Positions 47,557-60,687 of a stretch of DNA of 64,000 bases are shown here, in pieces; the first letter of the stretch is position 1, and the number at the start of each line of letters is the position of its first letter. The position numbers and the translations under genes are program-made. Under the pieces are notes generated by a model. The model made no database searches. It had not been told where the DNA came from and saw only the letters and a program-made list of their open reading frames with translations. This DNA comes from Planctomicrobium piriforme (lineage in GTDB: Bacteria; Planctomycetota; Planctomycetia; Pirellulales; UBA1268): positions 2,743 through 66,742 of the forward strand of contig CAMBUD010000005.1 in NCBI GenBank assembly GCA_945871035.1. Direction: 5' to 3'.

Positions 47557-48746
47557 TTGTTCCACTGATCGCCGCTGTCAGCCTGATGTGGGCCCTAGCC
47601 GCTGGCATACTGGGGGCAGGACTGGGGCGAATGCTGACCCTTGTCGTTGGTGGGCTTTTGTCTGCCGGTATTTTTGCGAATGCTGTCGCGTTCAACAGAC
47701 CGGAACGGGGATCAAAGAACGCCGGCAGCCAAAGTCGTCGACTTCATTTTTGGATTGAAATGGCTGTGATTATCACAGCAGTTGTGCTCTGGTGGTGGGA
47801 AGTCGCACGGCTTGGCCAGTTGCCGCTGCGCTGTGAGGAGCATGGATTGGAAGCAGGCACACTGCTGGCGCGGTGTGTCGCCCATTTAGTTCTTTTTATG
47901 CTGTTAGCAGCAGCGTCGTGGATCGATCTTCGCTACCGTGTCATTCCCGACTGTGTGACCGTGACAGGAGTTCTTCTCGGCCTAGCAACCTTGTGGCTTT
48001 GGCCAGATGTCCTGCTGCCGGTGGCAGGTGAGGTGCCCCGCTCGTTTGCACCGCCACAACTCCAACTAGACGTGCTTGGTTTTTTTGGCGGTCTGCACAC
48101 AGCGCCTGGCATTGCTTGGCTGGGGCCGTGGCCGTGCGTGCCGGGCCTCTTGTTACCCCTGGCAATTTTTACTATCTGGTGGCTCGTCTGCACTTCACCA
48201 TTTTTGGATTTAGAACCGTCAAGACTGCTGCGGTGGCTCGAACCGCGGGGGGTGATCTTGGTTCTTGGGCTACTGGCGATCGTAGCGGCATGGGTCTGCG
48301 GTGGTGATCGCTACGTGGGCTTACAGTCGTCGCTGATCGGCTTGGCTGTTTCAGGTGGTATTGTGGGTGCTATCCGAACCGGTGCATCACGTGCCATGGG
48401 GCGTGAGGCGATGGGGCTAGGAGATGTAACCTTGATGGCCATGGTGGGGGCATGGCTTGGCTGGCAAGCCTGTGTGGTTGCTTTTTTCCTAGCAGCATTT
48501 TTGGGAGTGGCGCATGGCGCTGCGCATCTGTTGTTTCATCGTGAAAATGAACTGCCTTTTGGGCCGAGTCTCTGCCTAGCATCGGCAGGAGTCGTCGTTG
48601 CTTGGCGGCCAATCTGGGAAATTGTGGGGCTCTATTTCAATCAACCGCTCGATCTTGCGATCGTTGTGGGCAGCGTTGTGATCCTGACAGCCGTCACGCT
48701 CTTCGTCTGGGAAAAGTGGCGAAATGCACCCGCCGCGAAGCAGTGA
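47553..48746 (+). CDS. Prepilin peptidase (A24 family)
   Basis: WIDLRYRVIPD, REAMGLGDVTLMAMVGAWLGW, LPFGPSL; no N-terminal CxxC zinc domain; ATGA overlap with aroK. Confidence 0.85.
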   Translation: MIVPLIAAVSLMWALAAGILGAGLGRMLTLVVGGLLSAGIFANAVAFNRPERGSKNAGSQSRRLHFWIEMAVIITAVVLWWWEVARLGQLPLRCEEHGLEAGTLLARCVAHLVLFMLLAAASWIDLRYRVIPDCVTVTGVLLGLATLWLWPDVLLPVAGEVPRSFAPPQLQLDVLGFFGGLHTAPGIAWLGPWPCVPGLLLPLAIFTIWWLVCTSPFLDLEPSRLLRWLEPRGVILVLGLLAIVAAWVCGGDRYVGLQSSLIGLAVSGGIVGAIRTGASRAMGREAMGLGDVTLMAMVGAWLGWQACVVAFFLAAFLGVAHGAAHLLFHRENELPFGPSLCLASAGVVVAWRPIWEIVGLYFNQPLDLAIVVGSVVILTAVTLFVWEKWRNAPAAKQ

Positions 48747-48847
48747 TCCTCTGCTTTTCCCGTTTGAAAGCCAGTCGGGGCCGATCTTGCCTGCCCTCCT
48801 GTTCTTTTCTACCATTCCCGTCCCTGCCAACGGTATGGAGCCAGAGC

Positions 48848-49726
48848 ATGTCAATCCACTTCCCTGCCGCCCACGTCTGCGCGCTGATACTTGCGCTCGC
48901 GCTCATGGTTGGCTGTTCTAATAATCCATTTCGAACGGCCACACAGGCAACGCCTATTAGCCTCACGCCTCCACCCGGGGTTGCGGCACCAGCGCACACC
49001 CTTCAGCAATCTCCGCCAGCGCTGACAGCACAGCAGCCCTCATATTCCAACGTTGACGGCCGACAGCTTGAGGCAACACTCGTTCGCAGTCGCCAAGAAT
49101 CCCAACTCATGCAAGATGAGATCGGCGTGTTAAGGGAACAATTGGCGAGCACTTCTTCACAGTTAGCACAAACTCGCACGACACAATTGCCACAGAGCCT
49201 ACCGCCGGGTGGAAATGCCGCAACTCCAACAGCGACACAGCCCCAGTCTCTGCTAAGCCCTGCGCTCATGCAGGCAGGACTCATGCAGGCAGGATTGGTT
49301 CAGCTTTCTCTTCCCGGGGTCGAAAGCCGCCTTGATGGCACCGTTGTCCGCCTAGAGATTCCCTCCGACAGGCTCTTCGAAAGCGGGAGTGCCAGCCTAC
49401 TACCAGGCGGCGCAGCGATTCTTACGCAGACCTCTGCAGAGCTTACTCGCGTCTTTCCGCGACACTTTATCGGCATTGAGGGGCATATCGACACCGAGCC
49501 TCTGCAAAATGCCTCGTGGGGATCGCCACACCAACTGACTGCGGCTCGTGCCTCCGCAGTCTTCGATTTCTTCACCAGCCGTACGTCGCTGCGTCAGGGA
49601 CAATTATTCCTTGTTGCCCACGGCTCCAACCATCCGGTGGTTTCCAATGCAACGGCGGCGGGGCGAGCGAAGAATCGCCGCATCGAACTGGTCATTTATG
49701 CAGAACAGGCGGCGGGACCCGACTGA
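48848..49726 (+). CDS. OmpA/MotB-domain lipoprotein
   Basis: Lipobox MVGC, coiled coil, LFESGSASL, IEGHID, RASAV, NRRIELVI. Confidence 0.88.
   Translation: MSIHFPAAHVCALILALALMVGCSNNPFRTATQATPISLTPPPGVAAPAHTLQQSPPALTAQQPSYSNVDGRQLEATLVRSRQESQLMQDEIGVLREQLASTSSQLAQTRTTQLPQSLPPGGNAATPTATQPQSLLSPALMQAGLMQAGLVQLSLPGVESRLDGTVVRLEIPSDRLFESGSASLLPGGAAILTQTSAELTRVFPRHFIGIEGHIDTEPLQNASWGSPHQLTAARASAVFDFFTSRTSLRQGQLFLVAHGSNHPVVSNATAAGRAKNRRIELVIYAEQAAGPD
49265..49294 (+). repeat. In-frame 15-bp tandem duplication (LMQAG x2)
   Basis: CTCATGCAGGCAGGA twice, perfect. Confidence 0.85.
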
Positions 49727-49792
49727 GCCGCGAGCCAACCGACTCTACCTTCCACCCGTTGTCTTTACGGGCATCCGATTTAGACTGCCTGC

Positions 49793-50404
49793 ATGGTAAC
49801 AATTGTCGATTACGGCAGTGGCAATCTGCGTAGCGTACAAAAGGCTTTCGAGCGACTCGGAGCCACAACTTGTATTACCGACGATCCGCACGTGGTGGCA
49901 GAAGCCAAGCGGCTGGTTTTACCTGGGGTTGGTGCATTTGGTGATGCGATGCGATCGCTGCACAGCCGTGGTCTTGTTGAACCCATTCGTGCGCACCTCC
50001 TCGCAGATCGGCCCTTCTTTGGAATCTGCATGGGACTGCAATTACTTTTTGAAACTGGATGGGAGGGTGGCTGTCATCAAGGATTGGGTATTCTTGCCGG
50101 AGATGTCTCGCGATTCGATCTTTCCGAGGGCATGAAAATCCCACACATGGGTTGGAACACGGTCGCTTGGCGCGAAGGCAGTAGTCGGCGAACTTTACTG
50201 GGAAACAGCCACTATTTTTACTTCGTGCATTCCTACTATCCCCAGCCCAAAGATGATGCTGTCGTTGCAGCGTCGACTGACTATGGTGGTTCCTTCTGCT
50301 CGGCAGTTGCCCGTGGGCGTTTATTTGCCACGCAATTTCACCCCGAGAAAAGTCAGGCCGCCGGTATGCTTTTACTTCAATCGTTTCTCGATGAAACCCG
50401 TTGA
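49793..50404 (+). CDS. hisH: Imidazole glycerol phosphate synthase glutaminase subunit
   Basis: DYGSGNLRSV, LPGVGAF, GICMGLQ, PHMGWN, YFVHSY, QFHPEKS. Confidence 0.97.
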   Translation: MVTIVDYGSGNLRSVQKAFERLGATTCITDDPHVVAEAKRLVLPGVGAFGDAMRSLHSRGLVEPIRAHLLADRPFFGICMGLQLLFETGWEGGCHQGLGILAGDVSRFDLSEGMKIPHMGWNTVAWREGSSRRTLLGNSHYFYFVHSYYPQPKDDAVVAASTDYGGSFCSAVARGRLFATQFHPEKSQAAGMLLLQSFLDETR

Positions 50405-50478
50405 GCGAATGAACCATTCTCTCAGCGGTATTGCTCCCCATCCATCAGCACTTATTTTCACAAAAGGAGCCCAGTCGC

Positions 50479-51204
50479 ATGGAACTTTGGCCTGCAATTG
50501 ATCTGCGCGGTGGAAAATGCGTTCGGCTATTGCAGGGTGACTACGCACGCGAAACAGTTTTTGGGGACGATCCCATTGAGATCGTAAAACGCTTTGTGGC
50601 TGCCGGCGCACAGCGATTGCATATTGTTGATCTGGATGGAGCCAAGGTGGGGAAACCCGTGCAGGCATCGCTGGTGGCCCGCATGGTTGCGGCTGCCGGA
50701 GTGCCTTGCCAACTCGGCGGCGGCATCCGTTCATTCGAGACGGCGCAGGCGTATAGCGATGCCGGTGTGCACAGACTCGTGGTGGGCAGTGTGGCTATTG
50801 AGCAACCGGCACTCCTTGAGCAACTCGCACTGGAGTTTCCCGATCGAATTGTGCTCGGACTGGATGCACGCGATGGAAAAGTCGCTGTGCGTGGTTGGTT
50901 GGAAATGAGCATGCTCATGGCCGTTGATGTCGCCAAACGCCACATGAACCTTCCGTTAGCTGCGATTGTCTATACCGACATTGCTAAGGATGGCATGCTG
51001 ACTGGTCCTAATCTTAACGCCCTTGCTGAGATGGTTGCGGCTGTGCCGCTGGCCGTCATTGCCTCTGGCGGTGTGGCAACCGCTAAAGATATCAGCCAAG
51101 TGGCTGCGCTGGGGGCCGCTGGTTGCATCGTGGGCCGCGCGCTCTACGAAGGTGGTCTCACTCTCCTGGAGGCATTGGTCGCAGCGGGAGAGAGCCCCGT
51201 TTAA
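50479..51204 (+). CDS. hisA: ProFAR isomerase HisA
   Basis: PAIDLRGGKCVRL, HIVDLDGA, GGGIR, YTDIAKDGML, IASGG, GRALYEG. Confidence 0.96.
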   Translation: MELWPAIDLRGGKCVRLLQGDYARETVFGDDPIEIVKRFVAAGAQRLHIVDLDGAKVGKPVQASLVARMVAAAGVPCQLGGGIRSFETAQAYSDAGVHRLVVGSVAIEQPALLEQLALEFPDRIVLGLDARDGKVAVRGWLEMSMLMAVDVAKRHMNLPLAAIVYTDIAKDGMLTGPNLNALAEMVAAVPLAVIASGGVATAKDISQVAALGAAGCIVGRALYEGGLTLLEALVAAGESPV

Positions 51205-51423
51205 GAGCCATGGGCTCTCGCAGCAGGCATACCGTGAATGATCCCCGGCAGAGTTTGCCCTGTTTTCCGAGAGTATGACGCACTCAGGATTTTCGGGAGA
51301 CAATTGGAAGAACCCTCAATTTTTACCCGCTTTCAGGCCGAACGTACGGGAGCAGCAGTTGTCGCGTATTTGTCGGGTGCCAAAGTTGCCGAAGTGGTCA
51401 CGGCGCCTTTACGATCGAGTTCC

Positions 51424-52425
51424 ATGTCCACTGACATTCGCATCAAGGAACAATTACCAGAGCTGACTCGGCGCATCGTGGAAACCTACCAAGACGTTCC
51501 CACGATCCATTCACTCGGTCATTGCCCGCTGCCAAACTACGAATCGATTATCTCCGCTTGCGAAGATCTCAAGGAGATTCTCTACCCCGGCTACCGCAGG
51601 CGTGAAAATCTGCACATGGGGAACGTCACCTACCATGTAGGCGATCTGATCGACGGATTGCACGACAAGCTCACCACTCAAATCGGGCGTGCCCTGCGCC
51701 ACAGCCAATCGACACAGCGTGCAGCCACAGCCAGAGGCATCGAGACACCCGGCGTTCCAGATGTGGTGCAGCAATGCGTCGACGAGGCTGATTTTGAAGC
51801 ATTAGGACAAATAAAAGCCGTCCAGTTTCTCGAGCGTTTACCCGAACTACGGCACGTGCTGGCAACGGACGTGCAGGCGGCCTACGACGGCGATCCAGCA
51901 GTCCGCACGCTCGACGAGGTTATTTTCTGCTATCCCGGTCTGGAAGCAGTATCCATCTACCGATTAGCACACCTGCTCCACAGGCTCGAGGTACCGCTCA
52001 TTCCACGCATGATGGCGGAGTGGGCGCATTCGCGCACCGGCATAGATATTCATCCCGGTGCTACGATTGGGGATCACTTTTTCATCGATCACGGCACCGG
52101 TGTTGTGATCGGTGAAACCTGCGAGATCGGTCGTCACGTAAAGCTCTATCAGGGCGTGACGCTGGGCGCACTATCATTTCAAACCGATGCCGATGGACAA
52201 CTCGTGCGCGGCACGAAACGGCATCCAACAATCGAGGATCGGGTGGTGATCTACGCCAACGCCACAGTTCTCGGTGGTGCCACCCGCATTGGGCATAGTT
52301 CCGTGATTGGCAGTAACGTCTGGCTGACTCGCAGCATTGATCCGCACACAACAGTCGTGCTCGAACGCCCTAAGCTCCGCATGCGTGGTGAGCCACAGCC
52401 CTCGGAAAGTGACTACCAAATCTAA
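51424..52425 (+). CDS. cysE: Serine O-acetyltransferase (long CysE/EpsC type)
   Basis: [48 protein letters not shown]. Confidence 0.92.
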   Translation: MSTDIRIKEQLPELTRRIVETYQDVPTIHSLGHCPLPNYESIISACEDLKEILYPGYRRRENLHMGNVTYHVGDLIDGLHDKLTTQIGRALRHSQSTQRAATARGIETPGVPDVVQQCVDEADFEALGQIKAVQFLERLPELRHVLATDVQAAYDGDPAVRTLDEVIFCYPGLEAVSIYRLAHLLHRLEVPLIPRMMAEWAHSRTGIDIHPGATIGDHFFIDHGTGVVIGETCEIGRHVKLYQGVTLGALSFQTDADGQLVRGTKRHPTIEDRVVIYANATVLGGATRIGHSSVIGSNVWLTRSIDPHTTVVLERPKLRMRGEPQPSESDYQI

Positions 52426-52492
52426 AGCCACTTGGTACGGCGCGTCTGCGCAGCACTGGGTGGGCACACGTAAACCGAATGCGATCGAGCGT

Positions 52493-54466
52493 TCAGTTGA
52501 CTCGTTCGAGTTGAATGTTGCGCAGATCCATCACCGCTGCTGCCTTCTTGACGACTGGTCGCACAACCAACCGATTTTTGCCGGCAACGAGTGACAACTG
52601 TCCGGCTTCAATCGGTACAAATCGTTGAAAGTGACCCGTTTCCTTGACTGTAAATTCAATTGCTTTTTCACCCGCGCTCACCCCAACAGTCGAGCCGCCG
52701 TTCCCATTGCCACAGCCTACCAGTAGCGTGATGCGATAGACGCCAGGCTCTGCGAGGGTAATATCCCAAGCAGCTGTGTCGGCCGGATTGACCCAGCAGC
52801 CGAGGGTGTCTTTCTCCGGCTGGGCTTCGTAGCACAGTTTCTGACCTTCAATTTTTGCGTCCTGCGCTTTGAGGAGCAAGAAACTATCTCGGCCGACAGT
52901 CTGGTCACTTGTTTGGTCGACCATTGCACGCCGCCAGTCGACAAGGGCCGGCAACATCTCGACAGCAGTGGCTGCAGGCTTGAGGAGTGAGACATCTGTT
53001 GCGGTGTAGCAGGCAGCCCATTGTTTTTTATTGAAGTCTGGATTGGATGACATATTTCTGGCACTCACAGACCGTCGCCAAGCTTCCAGTCGCCCACGCA
53101 TCGCGGCAACACGGGCTGGATCCTGATCGCTTACATCGTGCTCTTCACCGCTATCTTGAGTGAGGTTGAAGAGTTCCAAACGGCCGTCTTCGTAATGTTC
53201 GATGAGTTTCCAATCGCCCTCGCGAATGGCTCCTGCCGGCCTGCCGCCTTGATTGGTGTAATGCGGTTGATGCCAGAATAGCGAACGAACAGGTGGCCGT
53301 GGATCAGGAGTGGTGACCAAAAGCGGGGAGATGTCTTGAAAGTCGCAGGGTTGGGGGGCCGCCGCACCTGCCAAGTGACAGATCGTTGGTACGAGGTCAC
53401 CAAGTGAAACAGGCGCGTCGACAACGAGCCTCGGCGGACACACCCCTGGCAAACGCATGATGAGCGGCACGCGGATTCCACCTTCATAGAGAAACCCCTT
53501 GCCTGCACGGAATGGCCGATTGAATGTTGGCGACGCATCGCCCCCCTCGGGAACATGCAATCCACCGTTGTCAGACGTGAAAACCAAGAGCGTATCTGCC
53601 GCCAACTGATTGCGTTCGAGGGCAGCCATGATCTGTCCAACGGAAGAGTCGAGTGACTCAATCGCTGCGGCATAGGTGGGGTGAAAAGCCTGCGCGTGAC
53701 GCTCCACAAGTTTGCTGGGGGCGGCCAGCGGAATGTGAGGGCTGTTGAATGCAACGTAGAGCAAAAAAGGGCTTTCTTTGTGGGACTCAATAAATGCTAC
53801 GGCCTCTGCCGCATCACGCAGTTCACCCTTACCACCTGCCGGCGACTCAGCACCGGGATTGGAATGACCGACCACAGACTGATCGAAGCCGCTTTCGATG
53901 GGGCCGTGTTCCTTGCCGCCTAAGTGCCATTTTCCAATACACATGCTGGCATATCCCTTGGTCTTAAGGAGAGCAGCAAGGGTCAACACACCGTCCGGCA
54001 AATGCTGCGCAATCACCGGGGCGAGCAATCGATGCGAACTCCTTTCGTTGCGGCCGGGTAAGAATGCCGTCAAGTTGAGCCGCGCCGGATGCTGGCCAGA
54101 TAGCAGGGCTGCGCGCGAAGGGGAACAAACAGATGCGCTGCTGTAGGCAGTCTTAAACAACACACCATCGCTCGCCAGTCGATCCAGTGCGGGCGTGTGC
54201 TGGTCTTTCCGGCCATAGCACCCCAAATCGTTGCTGCCCAAATCATCTGCCACCAAAAGCACAACATTCGGAGGACGTTTTTCCGGGTTGTCAGCTTTTG
54301 CAACACCGCCACTCGGGCACAACACAAGCCCAGACCAAAAAATAATGACGTTTGCAGCAGCCGCTACTGGGAACAGGCTCGATCGCTGCTTTGCGGGCGG
54401 TAGCAAAGACGTAGCAAAACAGGAGACGGAGGCGAGCGGTCGGCGACACACCACTCCCGGATGCAT
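52493..54466 (-). CDS. Formylglycine-dependent sulfatase (S1) with C-terminal CBM-like domain
   Basis: PNVVLLVADDLG, CSPSRAALLSG, GKWHLG, TSDNGG, GKGFLYEGGIRVP, ELFNL; C-terminal beta-sandwich; start uncertain. Confidence 0.9.
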   Translation of the reverse strand: MHPGVVCRRPLASVSCFATSLLPPAKQRSSLFPVAAAANVIIFWSGLVLCPSGGVAKADNPEKRPPNVVLLVADDLGSNDLGCYGRKDQHTPALDRLASDGVLFKTAYSSASVCSPSRAALLSGQHPARLNLTAFLPGRNERSSHRLLAPVIAQHLPDGVLTLAALLKTKGYASMCIGKWHLGGKEHGPIESGFDQSVVGHSNPGAESPAGGKGELRDAAEAVAFIESHKESPFLLYVAFNSPHIPLAAPSKLVERHAQAFHPTYAAAIESLDSSVGQIMAALERNQLAADTLLVFTSDNGGLHVPEGGDASPTFNRPFRAGKGFLYEGGIRVPLIMRLPGVCPPRLVVDAPVSLGDLVPTICHLAGAAAPQPCDFQDISPLLVTTPDPRPPVRSLFWHQPHYTNQGGRPAGAIREGDWKLIEHYEDGRLELFNLTQDSGEEHDVSDQDPARVAAMRGRLEAWRRSVSARNMSSNPDFNKKQWAACYTATDVSLLKPAATAVEMLPALVDWRRAMVDQTSDQTVGRDSFLLLKAQDAKIEGQKLCYEAQPEKDTLGCWVNPADTAAWDITLAEPGVYRITLLVGCGNGNGGSTVGVSAGEKAIEFTVKETGHFQRFVPIEAGQLSLVAGKNRLVVRPVVKKAAAVMDLRNIQLERVN

Positions 54467-54545
54467 TCGAGCCGTATCTCCGCCAACAAAGCCTGTGCGA
54501 TTTCGAATCTTACACAAGTCAATCAGGAACTTTTTTAACAGGCTA

Positions 54546-55001
54546 CTACTGAGCATTCTGGGCAGCGCGCAGCTTTGCACGGGCCGTTTCCTCGGCTTGC
54601 ATCTTGGCGGCAATGGCTTCGTCACCAGTGGCCACGGCGGCGTGCACTTTTTCGAAATCCAAGCGGGCCTGTTCGGCATCGATTTTATTGGATGGGATTG
54701 CCCGCTGCGTGATGATGGTTACAGAATCGTGTCCGACTTCCACAAATCCGCCCTCAACAAACGTACGGATAACGGTGCCCTCGGCTGCAGCTTGGTCGCC
54801 AATAATTCGAACTTCTCCTGACCCTAGCCTGCCAATAAATGGAGCGTGTCCACGCCCAACGCCCCGCTGGCCGTCAAACAAGGGCAACGCGACAAATTGT
54901 GCGCGCACATCGAGGACCGTGCTTTCAGGCGTTACGATTATGCATCGCAATCCAGTTGCCGATCCATCTGGTTGAGAACCGGTAGTCTTTGAATCACTCA
55001 T
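54546..55001 (-). CDS. atpC: ATP synthase F1 epsilon subunit
   Basis: CIIVTPE, GRGHAP, FVEGGFVEV; last gene of the atp operon. Confidence 0.93.
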   Translation of the reverse strand: MSDSKTTGSQPDGSATGLRCIIVTPESTVLDVRAQFVALPLFDGQRGVGRGHAPFIGRLGSGEVRIIGDQAAAEGTVIRTFVEGGFVEVGHDSVTIITQRAIPSNKIDAEQARLDFEKVHAAVATGDEAIAAKMQAEETARAKLRAAQNAQ

Positions 55002-55014
55002 AGGGATTCCCTCT

Positions 55015-57457
<2,443 letters not shown>

Positions 57458-57476
57458 ACTCTACATACCTCTGGGG

Positions 57477-59027
57477 CTATCGTGCTCCAACGAGCGACGG
57501 ACGAACATCGCCGGTAGCTTTGGCTGCCCACTGCCGCTTGAATTCAGCGATCCCCGCTTCGAGTTGTCGCTCTGATTCATCGTCGAATTGCTTGCTCTCT
57601 TCGATCTTTGCGCGCAACTCCGGGATTTGATCGCGGATAAATATGAGGAATCCTTTTTCCCATGCCGCCACATCCTCTCGCTTCACTGCATCGAGGTGGC
57701 CACGGGTGCCCACGTAGATGCTCAACACCTGATCGACCACGTCCATTGGCTGATACTGCCCCTGCTTGAGCAGTTCAACCATCCGGTAGCCACGATCAAG
57801 CCGTGATTGCGTGGCTGCATCGAGATCGGTGCCAAGCTGCGCAAAAGCCTCCAGTTCACGAAAGGAAGCCAGGTCGAGCCGCAAGCCACCCGAAACTTTT
57901 TTCATGGCCTTCGTCTGGGCAGCACCGCCGACTCGCGACACTGAGATCCCAACGTTCATGGCCGGTCGTTGACCGGCAAAAAAGAGGTCGGGCTGGAGAT
58001 AAATCTGACCGTCTGTGATGGAAATCACATTGGTTGGAATATAGGCAGACACTTCCCCTTCAAGCGTTTCGATGATCGGAAGCGAAGTCAATGAACCGCC
58101 GCCCTTCTCTTGTGAAAGCTTGGCCGATCGTTCGAGCAATCGACTGTGGGCGTAAAAAACGTCGCCTGGATAAGCCTCGCGGCCAGGTGGACGCCGCATC
58201 AACAGCGATAGTTGACGATACGCTACGGCCTGCTTGGACAGATCGTCGTAAACACACAGTGCATGCTCGCCTCGATACATGAAATATTCCGCCATCGCCG
58301 TGCCGGAATAAGGCGCGATGTATTGCAGCGGTGCTGCCGTGCTGGCACCGGAGACAATCACCGTTGTGTAGTCCATGGCGCCGTGCCGCCGGAGCACATC
58401 GATCGCCACAGCAACGGTTGAATCCTTCTGACCGATGGCAACATAAAAACATTTCACGCCACTCGACTTTTGATTGATGATGGCGTCGATACCAATTGCG
58501 GTCTTGCCAGTTTTACGATCACCAATGATGAGCTCACGTTGGCCGCGTCCAATCGGAGTCATGGCATCGATCGCCTTAATGCCGGTCTGAAGCGGTTCGC
58601 GTACCGGCGCTCGATCAGCAACCCCAGGGGCCAAGGTTTCAACCGGACGCCGTTCGGTTGTGATAATGGGCCCCTTACCATCAAGCGGGTTGCCCAGCGG
58701 ATCAACCACTCGACCGATCACGGCATCGCCTACCGGCACGCTCAGCAATCGGCCGGTGCTGCGCACCTCATCCCCTTCGGTCACCTTTAGATAGTCACCA
58801 AGAATAATCACACCAACCGAATTTTCCTCGAGATTAAAGGCGAGGCCGATGACCCCACTAGAAAACTCGACCATCTCACTGGCCATCACATTCGACAGGC
58901 CCCACACACGCGCGATGCCGTCGCCCACTTCGAGCACGCGACCAACTTCGCGAACGTCGATGGTCGACTCGTAGCGGTCAATTTCCTCACGCAGTACCGA
59001 GGCGATCTCGTCTGTATTGAATTTCAT
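57477..59027 (-). CDS. atpA: ATP synthase F1 alpha subunit
   Basis: [52 protein letters not shown]. Confidence 0.98.
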   Translation of the reverse strand: MKFNTDEIASVLREEIDRYESTIDVREVGRVLEVGDGIARVWGLSNVMASEMVEFSSGVIGLAFNLEENSVGVIILGDYLKVTEGDEVRSTGRLLSVPVGDAVIGRVVDPLGNPLDGKGPIITTERRPVETLAPGVADRAPVREPLQTGIKAIDAMTPIGRGQRELIIGDRKTGKTAIGIDAIINQKSSGVKCFYVAIGQKDSTVAVAIDVLRRHGAMDYTTVIVSGASTAAPLQYIAPYSGTAMAEYFMYRGEHALCVYDDLSKQAVAYRQLSLLMRRPPGREAYPGDVFYAHSRLLERSAKLSQEKGGGSLTSLPIIETLEGEVSAYIPTNVISITDGQIYLQPDLFFAGQRPAMNVGISVSRVGGAAQTKAMKKVSGGLRLDLASFRELEAFAQLGTDLDAATQSRLDRGYRMVELLKQGQYQPMDVVDQVLSIYVGTRGHLDAVKREDVAAWEKGFLIFIRDQIPELRAKIEESKQFDDESERQLEAGIAEFKRQWAAKATGDVRPSLVGAR

Positions 59028-59670
59028 GGATACTCCTCTGCTTCAGGCGGTCGCCGAGCCTTGAAAGACTCGTCGCGACGGAATGATCATAAACGGTGTC
59101 TTGAACGCGAACGATGAGGCCGCCAAGCATGGCGGAGTTAACGAAAAATTTGGGCGCAAGAGATTTGCCCAAGGATTTTTCCATCACACCCACAATGCGA
59201 GCTTGTTCGCTGGCATCGATCGGCACTGCTGTTGTAAATATGGCTTGCAGGCGACCGTCGAGTTCGTCGGCCAACTGCTCTGCAGCCACAACTACTTCGG
59301 ACAGGATTTCTAATCGATCGTGACGGGCAAGCACAAGGAGCGCATGCAGCGTTGTCGGCAACACTTTACCGAGGCACATTTTTTTGATCATCGCCCCCTT
59401 CTCTTCGGGGCTGATGCGTGGCGAAGCAAATACATTTCGTGCAGCCGGCACCAGCGGCAATACGTCTCGCACCAGTGAGCCAAGCTGCTCTAGCACCTCC
59501 AAGCGGCACTGCTTGCCATCGGCAGCTTCGATGATTGCTTGGGCATACACTTTTGCCAGCCGCAGGGACTGCGTATCTGTCGGCAAACTCTTCGACTGAG
59601 AAGGCGCACCGGAAGCCATACCGCTATCCTCTGCCATGCCGGTCGAGTTGTGCGGATGAGAGCCTGCCAT
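58987..59670 (-). CDS. atpH: ATP synthase F1 delta subunit
   Basis: [32 protein letters not shown]; overlaps the atpA start by 41 nt. Confidence 0.9.
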   Translation of the reverse strand: MAGSHPHNSTGMAEDSGMASGAPSQSKSLPTDTQSLRLAKVYAQAIIEAADGKQCRLEVLEQLGSLVRDVLPLVPAARNVFASPRISPEEKGAMIKKMCLGKVLPTTLHALLVLARHDRLEILSEVVVAAEQLADELDGRLQAIFTTAVPIDASEQARIVGVMEKSLGKSLAPKFFVNSAMLGGLIVRVQDTVYDHSVATSLSRLGDRLKQRSIHEIQYRRDRLGTA

Positions 59671-59734
59671 CGAATCGCCTCTGTCCAATCGTTACAAATG
59701 ACCAGTGAATTATTCTGCTGCTTCGATCGATCGA

Positions 59735-60463
59735 CTAATTGCGACTCGGATTGCCCGTCAGACTGGTCAGCGATTCCTGCAACAACCGAGCCTGATCGTC
59801 ATGCCCCATCTTTTCGCGTAGAAACTTGCTCGCCACCACGATCGCCAAGTGTCCTGCCTTATCGGCGATCTGCGCAAGGGCCTCGTCGCGTGCCGCGCCG
59901 ATTTCCACGCGAGCACGAGTTTGCTCCTCACCTGCCGCCACCCGCGCCTCAGCAATGATTGTTTGCCGCGTTGTATCCGCATCTCGCCGCGCTTCGTCCA
60001 GCAATGCTCGCACCTCATCCGCTGCTGTGGCCAATCGTCGCTCGTAGGATGCGAGCATCTGCTGGGCGTTGTCGCTTGCGGCCTGAGTTGCCGCGAGCAT
60101 CGCAGCGATGCCCTGCTCACGCTTCTCAAGCCCCTGCATGATTGGCTTCCAGGCAAATTTTGTGAGCAGACCCAGGAGCAGTAAAAAAACGAGGAACGAA
60201 TAGATTGCGAGATCTGAGCGAAATTCTGCTGGGCTTTCGAAATCGGCAACTTTCATTCCGGCTGGAGGTTGATGGCCCACCTCCACATGAGCCACAGCAT
60301 GGTCGCCGTGGCCGTCCTCTGCCCGAATCTCTGCCCAAATCTCTGCGGGCCATCCAGCCGCCAAAAGAACGGTCAAAGCAAGCCAGCCACACCCCAGACA
60401 ACCCCAGCGCACGACTGACACGCTCAAACAGCATCGTGTTTGCGGTTGCGGCAGAACGTTCAT
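59735..60463 (-). CDS. atpF: ATP synthase Fo b subunit with N-terminal extension
   Basis: FLLLLGLLTKFAWKPIMQGLEKRE followed by a long Ala/Glu coiled coil; start uncertain. Confidence 0.92.
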   Translation of the reverse strand: MNVLPQPQTRCCLSVSVVRWGCLGCGWLALTVLLAAGWPAEIWAEIRAEDGHGDHAVAHVEVGHQPPAGMKVADFESPAEFRSDLAIYSFLVFLLLLGLLTKFAWKPIMQGLEKREQGIAAMLAATQAASDNAQQMLASYERRLATAADEVRALLDEARRDADTTRQTIIAEARVAAGEEQTRARVEIGAARDEALAQIADKAGHLAIVVASKFLREKMGHDDQARLLQESLTSLTGNPSRN

Positions 60464-60687
60464 GGAAAATCTCCGTGGAAGTGCTTGGAACACGCTCGTG
60501 AATCGATCTATATTTTAGTAAATACTCCAACCACACCGGCGTGGAAACGGCTCGAGAATCTCGAAACCGCTCACGCCTGTCGGCCTGAGTTTCACTGATT
60601 ATTTTTGCGGCAACGCCAAAAAAACTGAGACTCTGGGCCAGCTAAAATACAGTTTCGACCAAAAATCGGACGCAAAATTAACCCTGT

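Noticed and set aside
49793-51204. hisH-hisA without hisF as a pathway defect
   Set aside because: Dispersed his genes are common; hisF may lie outside the window.
54467-54679. Apparent sulfatase N-terminal extension overlapping atpC
   Set aside because: ORF-caller longest-start artefact; a downstream start near the signal-like segment is more plausible.
58987-59027. 41-nt atpH/atpA overlap as a frameshift
   Set aside because: Both proteins are full length with intact termini.
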